Positions 23,018-29,945 of a stretch of DNA of 64,000 bases are shown here, one piece after another. This stretch comes from Thermoanaerobaculia bacterium. Lineage in GTDB: Bacteria > Acidobacteriota > Thermoanaerobaculia > Multivoradales > UBA5704. The notes under the pieces are model-generated. The model did no database searches. It was not told where the DNA came from and was given only the letters and a program-made list of their open reading frames with translations. The position numbers were made by a program, and so were the translations under genes. How positions within the stretch are numbered: the stretch's first letter is position 1; every line of letters starts with the position of its first letter. The stretch lies in assembly GCA_038248205.1 (NCBI GenBank), contig JBBRUC010000001.1, positions 32,480-96,479 of the forward strand, read 5' to 3'.

Positions 23018-23248
23018 TCAGCTCCGGGTGCCTTTTCCGGGGTCGGGTTTGCTATTCGCTCGAGAACCGAAGAAACCGTCTGGATTGCCAAAGTTTCCCG
23101 CCGCCTGCGTCAATCCGGAAAGGTCTCCGAAAACGATCAATCGCGGACTGGAATAGGCGCTCCGGGCGGTCCACGGACGGTCGGCAAATGTCTCAGAGTC
23201 CACTGACTCTCGCATATTTGCATATCGATCGGACCGAGGCTCGACCAT
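23018..23248 (-). CDS. Candidate lasso peptide precursor (A peptide)
   Basis: 76 aa: MVEPRSDRYANMRESVDSETFADRPWTARSAYSSPRLIVFGDLSGLTQ / AAGNFGNPDGFFGSRANSKPDPGKGTRS. Thr sits at leader position -2 (LTQ). The core starts with Ala and has Asp at position 9 (a 9-residue macrolactam, as in paeninodin AGPGTSTPD) and ends in Ser. GGGGG Shine-Dalgarno before ATG 23248. Located immediately upstream of the cyclase. Codons are AT-richer than the genome average. Confidence 0.55.
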   Translation of the reverse strand: MVEPRSDRYANMRESVDSETFADRPWTARSAYSSPRLIVFGDLSGLTQAAGNFGNPDGFFGSRANSKPDPGKGTRS

Positions 23249-23400
23249 TTACCTAACCCCCATCGTGTAATTGCTAAGGAAGCGCCCTTGCTCCGGGGGC
23301 TGCTTTTTACCAAAGGATCTCTCCGAGTATAGCAGAGGCCGCTATAGGTCAAAGCAAAGGCCCTGCCAAGGAGCCAGACGGCGGCGCCGGAGTCTCCCTC

Positions 23401-23430
23401 AAAAAAAATGAGCCCGGGAAACCCGGGCTC
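23401..23430 (-). terminator. Rho-independent terminator downstream of giant gene 1
   Basis: GAGCCCGGG-aaa-CCCGGGCTC hairpin, followed on the minus strand by TTTTTTTT. A second perfect 10-bp hairpin, GGTCGGCGCC-aa-GGCGCCGACC, lies at 23452..23473. Confidence 0.65.
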
Positions 23431-23487
23431 GCGAAACTTCGATAAAGAGAGGGTCGGCGCCAAGGCGCCGACCTTCTCAAAGTCAAC

Positions 23488-26400
23488 CTAGTTGCGATGC
23501 GGTGCGCAGAGCAACCCGTTGTTGTAGTCGTCGAGCATCTCGTGCCACGGCGAGGCCTGATTCCAAGCCGAGCTGCTGCCGCGTACGTTGCTGCCGACCG
23601 GGTGGGTCTTCAGCCAGTTGTCGGCAGAGGTGATGATCGAGTCGATGCAGCTCGAGACGTTGCCGACCAGAACGTTCAACTTGGCCGCGATCAGCTGTTT
23701 GGCCAAATCGATCGTCTTGTCGCCCTTGCTCGGGGTGCCGAGAAGCGAGATCGCCTGGGAGACCGAGTAGGTCTTGTTGCCGATCTTGATGCTCTCGACC
23801 GGCCAGGCGCTCGCGTGGTTCTTCCAGTAGCCGATCGTGCCGGTACCCGGCGCCGGAGTGGTCGGCGGGCACTGGACGATGTCGACGTTGATGTCGCCTT
23901 GACCGGTGGTGGGCAGGGAGCCTCCCGAAGAGGGCTGCGTGACCACCGTCCACTTGTACCAACCGGAGGCCCCGTAGTTAAGGTTCTTGCCGTTGGCACC
24001 GACGCCGAGCTGGAACGCCGGCCCGGTGCGGGTGACGTTGATCACCGCGCCGCTGTTGCTGCTGAGTCCGGTCAGGGTTCCGTTGTACCCGGTGTAGTAG
24101 ATCCAGGTTCCCGTGTTGACCGGGCCGCCGTTCTCCGAGTAAGCCGAAGCCATGAGTTCCTTCTTCGGGCTACCGGCGGGGGTGACGGTCGTCCGGCCGG
24201 TGAAAGTGATGCTCACCGTCCAGGCGTTCAACGAGTTGGACAAGCTGCGCAACGTACCGTTCATGTTCGCCGTGCCGTTCGAGTTCTGAATGAACGAGCC
24301 CGGGGCCGGAGTGAACTGGTAATCGGTACCGATGCCCGGGAGCCAGAAGGCATGATTGGCTCCAGCGCCTTGGACCGACGGATCGTTGATCGCTTCGTCC
24401 ACACACTGCGGGTTATTGCTCGGGGAGTTGTAGCCGAAGTCTACGTCGAGCTTCGACTGACCGGCCGCGAGAGCGAACGCCGTGGTGTTCGCCGTGCCGA
24501 TGCCGTCGAGATCGTAGGTCTGCACATAGCCGGCCGGAACGGTCATCACGTCGACCGTCACCGTGTAGTTGCCGGAGAGCAGGTTCGAGAACAGGTAGTT
24601 CCCGTCACCGCTCGTGGTTACGACAGCGACCACGTTGCCGGAGCTGTTGCGCAGCACCACGTCGACGCCGTTGATTCCGAGCTCACCGGCGTCCTGAATG
24701 CCGTCGGCGTCGGTATCGGTCCAGACGCGGTCGCCGACCGAGGCCGTACCGCGGTAGCCGAAGTCAACGTTGAAGTTCGACTGATTGGCCGCGAGAGCGA
24801 CCGTCGCCTTGTTCGGGGTGCCCAGGCCATCGAGATCGTAGGTCTGGGTCAAACCTGCAGGCAGGGTAGAGGTGACGACCTGCACTGAGTAGGTGCCGGC
24901 CAGGAGGTTCTGGAACTGGTAGAGGCCGTCGCCCGCCGTGACCTTGGTGGCGATGACGTTGCCACCGGCGTCGAGCAGGTTGACGGTGACTCCGTTGATG
25001 CCGACTTCGAGCAGGTCCTGCGCGCCGTCGCCGTCGGAATCGATCCAGACCCGGTCACCGATCGAGCCGGTGCCGCGATAGCCGAAGTCGACGTCCGTAC
25101 GATTCTGGCCTCCGGTGATCGAAGCGGCGGCGATGTTCGCCGTCCCGGTTCCGTCGAGATCGTAGGTCTGGGTGAGGCCGGCGGGCAGCGTCGAAGACTC
25201 GACGCGGACCGAATAGCTTCCGGCCGCCAGGTTGGTGAAGGTGTAGTTACCGTCGCCACTGGTAATCGCCGTCTGGAGGACGACGCTACCTGAGCTAAGG
25301 AGCGAGACCGTGACGCCGTTCAGGCCGGACTCGCCGGGATCCTGGACGCCGTTGCCGTTGGTGTCGATCCACAGCCGGTCGCCGATCGAGCCGGTGCCGC
25401 GATAGCCGAAGTCGACGTCGTCGCGTTCCGCCTGAGCGAGCGTAAGCGTGGTGCTCGCGATGTGCGGGGTGGCAATTCCATCGAGATCGAACGTCGGGGC
25501 AAGACCCGCGGGCAGCGTCGAGGTCGCGACGCGGACCGAGTAGCTACCGAGCGGCAGATTGGCGAAGTTGTAGTTGCCGTTGCCGCTCGTCGCGGTGGTG
25601 GCAATGACGTTGCCGCCGTTGTCGAGCAGATCCAGGGTGACGCCGTTGATGCCGGACTCACTCGCGTCCTGGAGGCCATCGCCGTTTTCGTCGAGCCAGA
25701 TACGGTCGCCGATCGCGCCGACGCCCTTGTATCCGAAGTCGGCGTCGGTCCGGTTCTGGCCGGGGCCGAGCATCAGGTCGGTGAAGTTGACCGACGAGAT
25801 CCCGTCGAGGTCGTAACTCGCGGCGAGGCCGGCGGGCAGCGTTGCCGCTTCGATCCGCACCGAGTAGTGGCTCGACGGCAGGTTACCGAACGTGTAGTCG
25901 CCGTCGCCGCTGGTCACCCGGGTCGCCAAGACGTTGCCGCCCTGGTCGAGCAAGGAAACCGTGACGCCGTTGATCCCGTTTTCACCGGCATCTTGGATGC
26001 CGTCGGCGTCGAAGTCGAGCCAGACACGGTCGCCGATCGAGCCGGTACCGCGATAGCCGAAGTCGACGTCGGTCCGGTTCTGGCCGCCGATCAGGCCGAC
26101 CACGGCAAAGTTCGCCGTGCCGATGCCATCGAGGTCATAGGAGGGAACCAGACCGGTCGGGAGGGTGGCGGCTTCGACCCGCACGGCGTAGGAACCGCCC
26201 GGGAGGTTGCCAAAGGTGTAGTTGCCGTCGCCCGCGGTGAGCTGCGAGGCGATGACGTTGCCGCCGCTGTCGAGCAGTGTGACCGTGACGCCGTTCAAGC
26301 CGGCCTCACCGCCGTCCTGGATGCCGTCGTTGTTGAAATCGAGCCAGAGACGATCACCGATCGAGCCGGTGCCGCGATAGCCGAAGTCGACGTCGGCCCG

Positions 26401-29358
26401 GTTCTGGCCGCCCGCGAGGCTCGCCGCGGCGAGGTTCGCCGAGCCGATGCCGTCGAGGTCGTAGGTGGGCGCAAGGCCCGCCGGGAGAGTCGCCGCCACC
26501 ACCCGTACGGAGTAGTTGCCGGCGGGGAGATTGGCGAAGGTGTAGCCGCCGTCTCCGGCGGTTACCTGGGTCGCGAGAACGTTGCCGCCGTTGTCGAGAA
26601 GCTCCACAGTGACGCCGTTGATTCCGGCCTCCCCGGCGTCCTGGACGGTATCGGCGTCGAAATCGAGCCAGACGCGATCACCGATCGAGCCGGTGCCGCG
26701 ATAGCCAAAATCCACGTCGATCCGGTTCTGACCACCGGCCAGAGCGAACAAGGCGATGTGGGCCGTGGCGATGCCGTCGAGGTCGTAGGTCGGAGAGACT
26801 CCCGCCGGCAGGGTGGCCGAGACGACCCGGACCGAGTAGTTGCCCACCGGGAGGTTGGAGAAGGTGTAGTTGCCGTCGCCCGAAGTCACCTGCGATGCGA
26901 CGACGGTACCGCCGGAATTCAAAAGCTCGACGGTGATGCCGTTGAGCCCTGCTTCACCGCCGTCTTGGACGCCGTCGGCGTTGAAATCGAGCCAAACGCG
27001 ATCACCGACCGAAGCCGTGCCGCGATAGCCGAAGTCTACGTCCATCCGGCTCTGTCCGCCGATCAAGGAGACCGAAGCGACGTTGGCCGAGGCCAGACCG
27101 TCGAGGTCGTAGGTCTGGACCGAGCCGGCCGGAAGGGTCGCTGCCGCCACACGCACCGAATAACTTCCGGCGTTCAAGTTCGAGAAGGTGTAGTGGCCGT
27201 CGCCCGAGGTCACCTGGCTCGCGATGACGTTGCCGCCGTTGTCGAGCAACTCGACGGTGACGCCGTTGATGCCGGTCTCGCCGACACCCTGCAAGCCGTT
27301 GCCGTCGGCGTCGAGCCAAACGCGATCGCCGAGCGAACCGGTGCCGCGGTAGCCGAAGTCGACGTTGGTTTTGTTCTCGGCGGCCGCAAGAGAGAAGCTC
27401 GCAATGTTGGCCGAGCTTGTACCGTCGAGATCGAAGGTCGGGGCAACTCCCACCGGAAGGGTAGAGGTTACGACCCGCACCATGTAGCTGCCGGCGGCTA
27501 GATTGTCGAACAGATAGTCGCCGTCGCCGGTCGTTACCTGCGTGGCCAAGACGTTGCCGCCGTTGTCGAGGAGTTCGAGGGTGACGCCATTGATGCCGTT
27601 TTCGCCGCCATCCTGAATGCCGTCGCCGTTGGTGTCGAGCCAGACCCGGTCGCCAACCGAGGCGTCGTTGGCAGCCCCTTCGGAATAACCGAAGTCATAG
27701 GTGAGGACGTTGCCGTTGGTGAGCGTACGGGTGAGCGATTCGCCGCCCGTCGTCGAGGACTTACCCTCCAACGGCTGGCCGGGACCGAAGTTGCTCGCCG
27801 CGACCCGTACTTCATACGTTCCCGGCGAGTCCATGCCGAAGCAGTAGAGGCCGTTGGTGTCGGTACCCGTGTTGTTGGCTACGCACGCCGACCAGTTCGG
27901 GCTCGAAGTCTCGCCCGTGGTGGCCGTAGCGATCACCGATCCGTCGCTCGGACGGACCAGCTCCATCAGAACGCCCGGAATGCCCGCTTCACTCGGATCC
28001 AAAACACCCGGATTCGCTGTGTCCGCCCAGACGAAATCACCCAACAGATAGATCGATTCGTCCGAGCAGGCCGCCACGCGCGGCACATCGTCAGGATCCT
28101 CACCCGGGATCGGGGCGCGGGCCGGTCGCGTCGCACAGGTGTCCGCGAACCAGAAGTTCAGATTCGCGAGGTCCAAACCGATAATCGTGACTTTCCACAT
28201 ACCCGAGGGAAGAGTCGCGCCGCCGTAGACCCAATCCGCATCGCCGGCGAACGGCGAATTGATGCTCGCGATCAGGAACTGCTCCCATTCGAAGCTGCCC
28301 GAGGGGTTATCGTTGAAATAGATGTTGCCGTCCGGATCCGTCACTTCGTAGCGGACGCAGCCGATCCGGTTCGGATCGCCGGGCTCGCCGCGGCGGAAGG
28401 CATCCAAGTTGTTGTCATCCGGCGGTACGCCAGGGCCTTGGACCCCTTCCGGGTTGGCACCGGCGGTCGAGAAGGGGAAGCCGCTGTAGTCGGCGGCGGT
28501 ATCGAAGTCGTCCTCGTCCTCGCACGGATCGAGCGCCACGCCCGAGGGAGAGCCCACGGTCGAATTGGTACCGAAATCGAAGTCGCCGTCGAACATACGG
28601 AGTTCGGTTTCGCCGCCGGGCAGGGTGAAGAAGAACTCGAACGTGCCGTCGTAGGTCGTCGGCGCGGTGAGGAATCCGCCCGGGGGCGGAAACGTGCCCG
28701 GGTAAAGAATCGGGCCGTCGTTGAACAGCTGACGGAACGCGCCAACCAGGCCGAACTGCGGAGTACGGAAGGTCATCGGGTTCGAGGCCGCGACCTTGAT
28801 GTTGCTCTCAAGAACCTCGCCCGGGGCGCACGAGCCGTCGAGGCCGATCACCAAGTTATAGAAGTAGTTGCCGCTGGGCGCCTGGGCAATGGCCCCGTTT
28901 GTGACCGTCACAGCCCACCAATCGTTGTCGGGCATGGCGGCTGAGCTGGAAGTCCAGAGCGGCCCACTCGTCGGATTGACTCCGTTGCCGGTCCAGGTGC
29001 CGATCAGGTTGGCGGGGGCGGTGCTGCCGGTGCGCAGCGGATCCGCATAGAGGGAGTAGATGAGCTGGCGGGAGCCGGCGTCCCAATGCGGACGCGCGGC
29101 GCCATCGGCCATGCCGGTGTCGCCATCGAAGATGTTGACGTCGAACGTCGGGACCGACGCAGGCGCCGCCATGGCAATCTGGACGTTCTGCTCGAACGTC
29201 GCGATGCCGGCGCAACCGAAGCCCATGAAGCGACCGTCGGTGGCGCTTTCCGAGGGAAACGCCGCGAACGGCCCCGGTCCGATCTGAGCCCTCGCAGCGC
29301 CAAGGGCCGTCAGGGCCAGTAGCGCCAAAGTAGCGCACCTACTGTAAAACCTTCTCAT
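23488..29358 (-). CDS. Giant secreted repeat protein 1 (about 1956 aa): conserved N-terminal domain, about 11-12 SdrD-B/Cna-B-like Ca-binding repeats, one X repeat, conserved C-terminal domain
   Basis: Signal peptide MRRFYSRCATLALLALTALGAARAQ, with GGAG before ATG 29358. The roughly 600-aa N-terminal domain is shared with the two downstream paralogs. Tandem roughly 103-aa repeats read GDRVWLDxNGNGxQDxGExGINGVTVxLL...SGDGNYTFxNLPAGxYSVRV...LPAG..PTYDLDG...DVDFGYR, matching SdrD B-domain/Cna-B-like repeats with DxDxDG Ca sites. One roughly 200-aa Cys-bounded X repeat follows. The C-terminal domain GYWKNHASAWPV...LLCAPHRN is nearly identical in gene 2. Confidence 0.8.
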   Translation of the reverse strand: MRRFYSRCATLALLALTALGAARAQIGPGPFAAFPSESATDGRFMGFGCAGIATFEQNVQIAMAAPASVPTFDVNIFDGDTGMADGAARPHWDAGSRQLIYSLYADPLRTGSTAPANLIGTWTGNGVNPTSGPLWTSSSAAMPDNDWWAVTVTNGAIAQAPSGNYFYNLVIGLDGSCAPGEVLESNIKVAASNPMTFRTPQFGLVGAFRQLFNDGPILYPGTFPPPGGFLTAPTTYDGTFEFFFTLPGGETELRMFDGDFDFGTNSTVGSPSGVALDPCEDEDDFDTAADYSGFPFSTAGANPEGVQGPGVPPDDNNLDAFRRGEPGDPNRIGCVRYEVTDPDGNIYFNDNPSGSFEWEQFLIASINSPFAGDADWVYGGATLPSGMWKVTIIGLDLANLNFWFADTCATRPARAPIPGEDPDDVPRVAACSDESIYLLGDFVWADTANPGVLDPSEAGIPGVLMELVRPSDGSVIATATTGETSSPNWSACVANNTGTDTNGLYCFGMDSPGTYEVRVAASNFGPGQPLEGKSSTTGGESLTRTLTNGNVLTYDFGYSEGAANDASVGDRVWLDTNGDGIQDGGENGINGVTLELLDNGGNVLATQVTTGDGDYLFDNLAAGSYMVRVVTSTLPVGVAPTFDLDGTSSANIASFSLAAAENKTNVDFGYRGTGSLGDRVWLDADGNGLQGVGETGINGVTVELLDNGGNVIASQVTSGDGHYTFSNLNAGSYSVRVAAATLPAGSVQTYDLDGLASANVASVSLIGGQSRMDVDFGYRGTASVGDRVWLDFNADGVQDGGEAGLNGITVELLNSGGTVVASQVTSGDGNYTFSNLPVGNYSVRVVSATLPAGVSPTYDLDGIATAHIALFALAGGQNRIDVDFGYRGTGSIGDRVWLDFDADTVQDAGEAGINGVTVELLDNGGNVLATQVTAGDGGYTFANLPAGNYSVRVVAATLPAGLAPTYDLDGIGSANLAAASLAGGQNRADVDFGYRGTGSIGDRLWLDFNNDGIQDGGEAGLNGVTVTLLDSGGNVIASQLTAGDGNYTFGNLPGGSYAVRVEAATLPTGLVPSYDLDGIGTANFAVVGLIGGQNRTDVDFGYRGTGSIGDRVWLDFDADGIQDAGENGINGVTVSLLDQGGNVLATRVTSGDGDYTFGNLPSSHYSVRIEAATLPAGLAASYDLDGISSVNFTDLMLGPGQNRTDADFGYKGVGAIGDRIWLDENGDGLQDASESGINGVTLDLLDNGGNVIATTATSGNGNYNFANLPLGSYSVRVATSTLPAGLAPTFDLDGIATPHIASTTLTLAQAERDDVDFGYRGTGSIGDRLWIDTNGNGVQDPGESGLNGVTVSLLSSGSVVLQTAITSGDGNYTFTNLAAGSYSVRVESSTLPAGLTQTYDLDGTGTANIAAASITGGQNRTDVDFGYRGTGSIGDRVWIDSDGDGAQDLLEVGINGVTVNLLDAGGNVIATKVTAGDGLYQFQNLLAGTYSVQVVTSTLPAGLTQTYDLDGLGTPNKATVALAANQSNFNVDFGYRGTASVGDRVWTDTDADGIQDAGELGINGVDVVLRNSSGNVVAVVTTSGDGNYLFSNLLSGNYTVTVDVMTVPAGYVQTYDLDGIGTANTTAFALAAGQSKLDVDFGYNSPSNNPQCVDEAINDPSVQGAGANHAFWLPGIGTDYQFTPAPGSFIQNSNGTANMNGTLRSLSNSLNAWTVSITFTGRTTVTPAGSPKKELMASAYSENGGPVNTGTWIYYTGYNGTLTGLSSNSGAVINVTRTGPAFQLGVGANGKNLNYGASGWYKWTVVTQPSSGGSLPTTGQGDINVDIVQCPPTTPAPGTGTIGYWKNHASAWPVESIKIGNKTYSVSQAISLLGTPSKGDKTIDLAKQLIAAKLNVLVGNVSSCIDSIITSADNWLKTHPVGSNVRGSSSAWNQASPWHEMLDDYNNGLLCAPHRN
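24430..27700 (-). repeat. Tandem array of about 11 near-identical ~309-bp coding repeats (SdrD-B-like modules) inside giant gene 1; coordinates approximate
   Basis: Recurrent DNA strings such as GTCGCCGATCGAGCCGGTGCCGCGATAGCCGAAGTCGACGTCGG and GACGCCGTTGATGCCG recur with roughly 309-bp periodicity across this span. These are coding repeats, not CRISPR. Confidence 0.7.
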
Positions 29359-29701
29359 AACTCCATTCCCTTTCCCCGGCCAAAAGCATCGCCACGAAGG
29401 CGGGCGCGTCCGGTGCCCCAATGTTGCCGGGTGGGGGCCACCGAACCTCCAATCAAGTAGTCCGCTGCCAAAAATTGCGCAGCGCGAGAGCCAAAGATCG
29501 TCAGTCAACCCTTCGTAAGAGCAAAAAGGCAGTTCCATCTACGGCAAGTAGGAAACGACTCTTCCAAGACTGAGCGCCACATTGGGCTCGATGTTTTGGA
29601 CAGGCGGCACCCTTTGCCCTTCCGTTCAGTCGTTTAGTTGTTTAATGGGAACTTGATGGTTCCCGGGGCGGCTAAGACAATCCGCACTGTAACGAAAGGA
29701 C

Positions 29702-29719
29702 CGTCAGGGTGCCGTCAGG
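29702..29719 (-). promoter_or_regulatory. Heptameric direct repeat pair CGTCAGG-N4-CGTCAGG (11-bp periodicity) upstream of giant gene 1; SARP-type activator site candidate
   Basis: The same CGTCAGGnnnnCGTCAGGAG-N3-4-ATTT(G/T) element occurs upstream of giant gene 2 at 36319..36336. Direct heptads spaced one helical turn apart are the known architecture of SARP-family binding sites. A SARP gene lies at 38602. Confidence 0.4.
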
Positions 29720-29908
29720 AGATATTTGGAGTTTTTCGATCGACCCCTGAGCGGGCTCGTCGGCGCCTGGAGGAACTTCGCGAAAGGGCGCCTTTCAATC
29801 GGGATGGGGGACGCCAGCCAGGAACCTCAAGCGATCCGAGGCGAACCATCAGAACGTGGCACCGCGAGGTGGGCGCTCTTAGAAGTGGATAGAGGAACTG
29901 CGGAAAGC

Positions 29909-29936
29909 GAAGGCCGGAGCCGAAGCGCCGGCCTTC
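29909..29936 (-). terminator. Hairpin just downstream of the giant gene 2 stop
   Basis: GAAGGCCGG-N10-CCGGCCTTC, a 9-bp stem, starts 10 nt after the TAG at 29946..29948. The U-tract is weak (GCTTTCC). Confidence 0.45.
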
Positions 29937-29945
29937 GCATCAAAA

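Noticed and set aside
22996-23091. TTG-initiated 32-aa N-terminal extension of the lasso cyclase, reaching back to 23091
   Set aside because: It requires a TTG start and would overlap the candidate precursor ORF by 73 nt. ATG 22995 leaves a normal 22-nt spacer, so the extension is treated as an ORF-finder artifact. This is not proven.
23137-23463. 108-aa minus-strand ORF spanning the lasso precursor region and the gene 1 terminator
   Set aside because: It is in a different frame from the precursor, crosses a strong terminator hairpin, and shows no motif. It is considered spurious.
24430-27700. Possible CRISPR array, because of regular ~309-bp periodic repeats
   Set aside because: The repeats are in frame within a long ORF and encode SdrD-B-like protein modules. 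The unit length is far larger than a CRISPR repeat plus spacer, and the 'spacers' are not unique.
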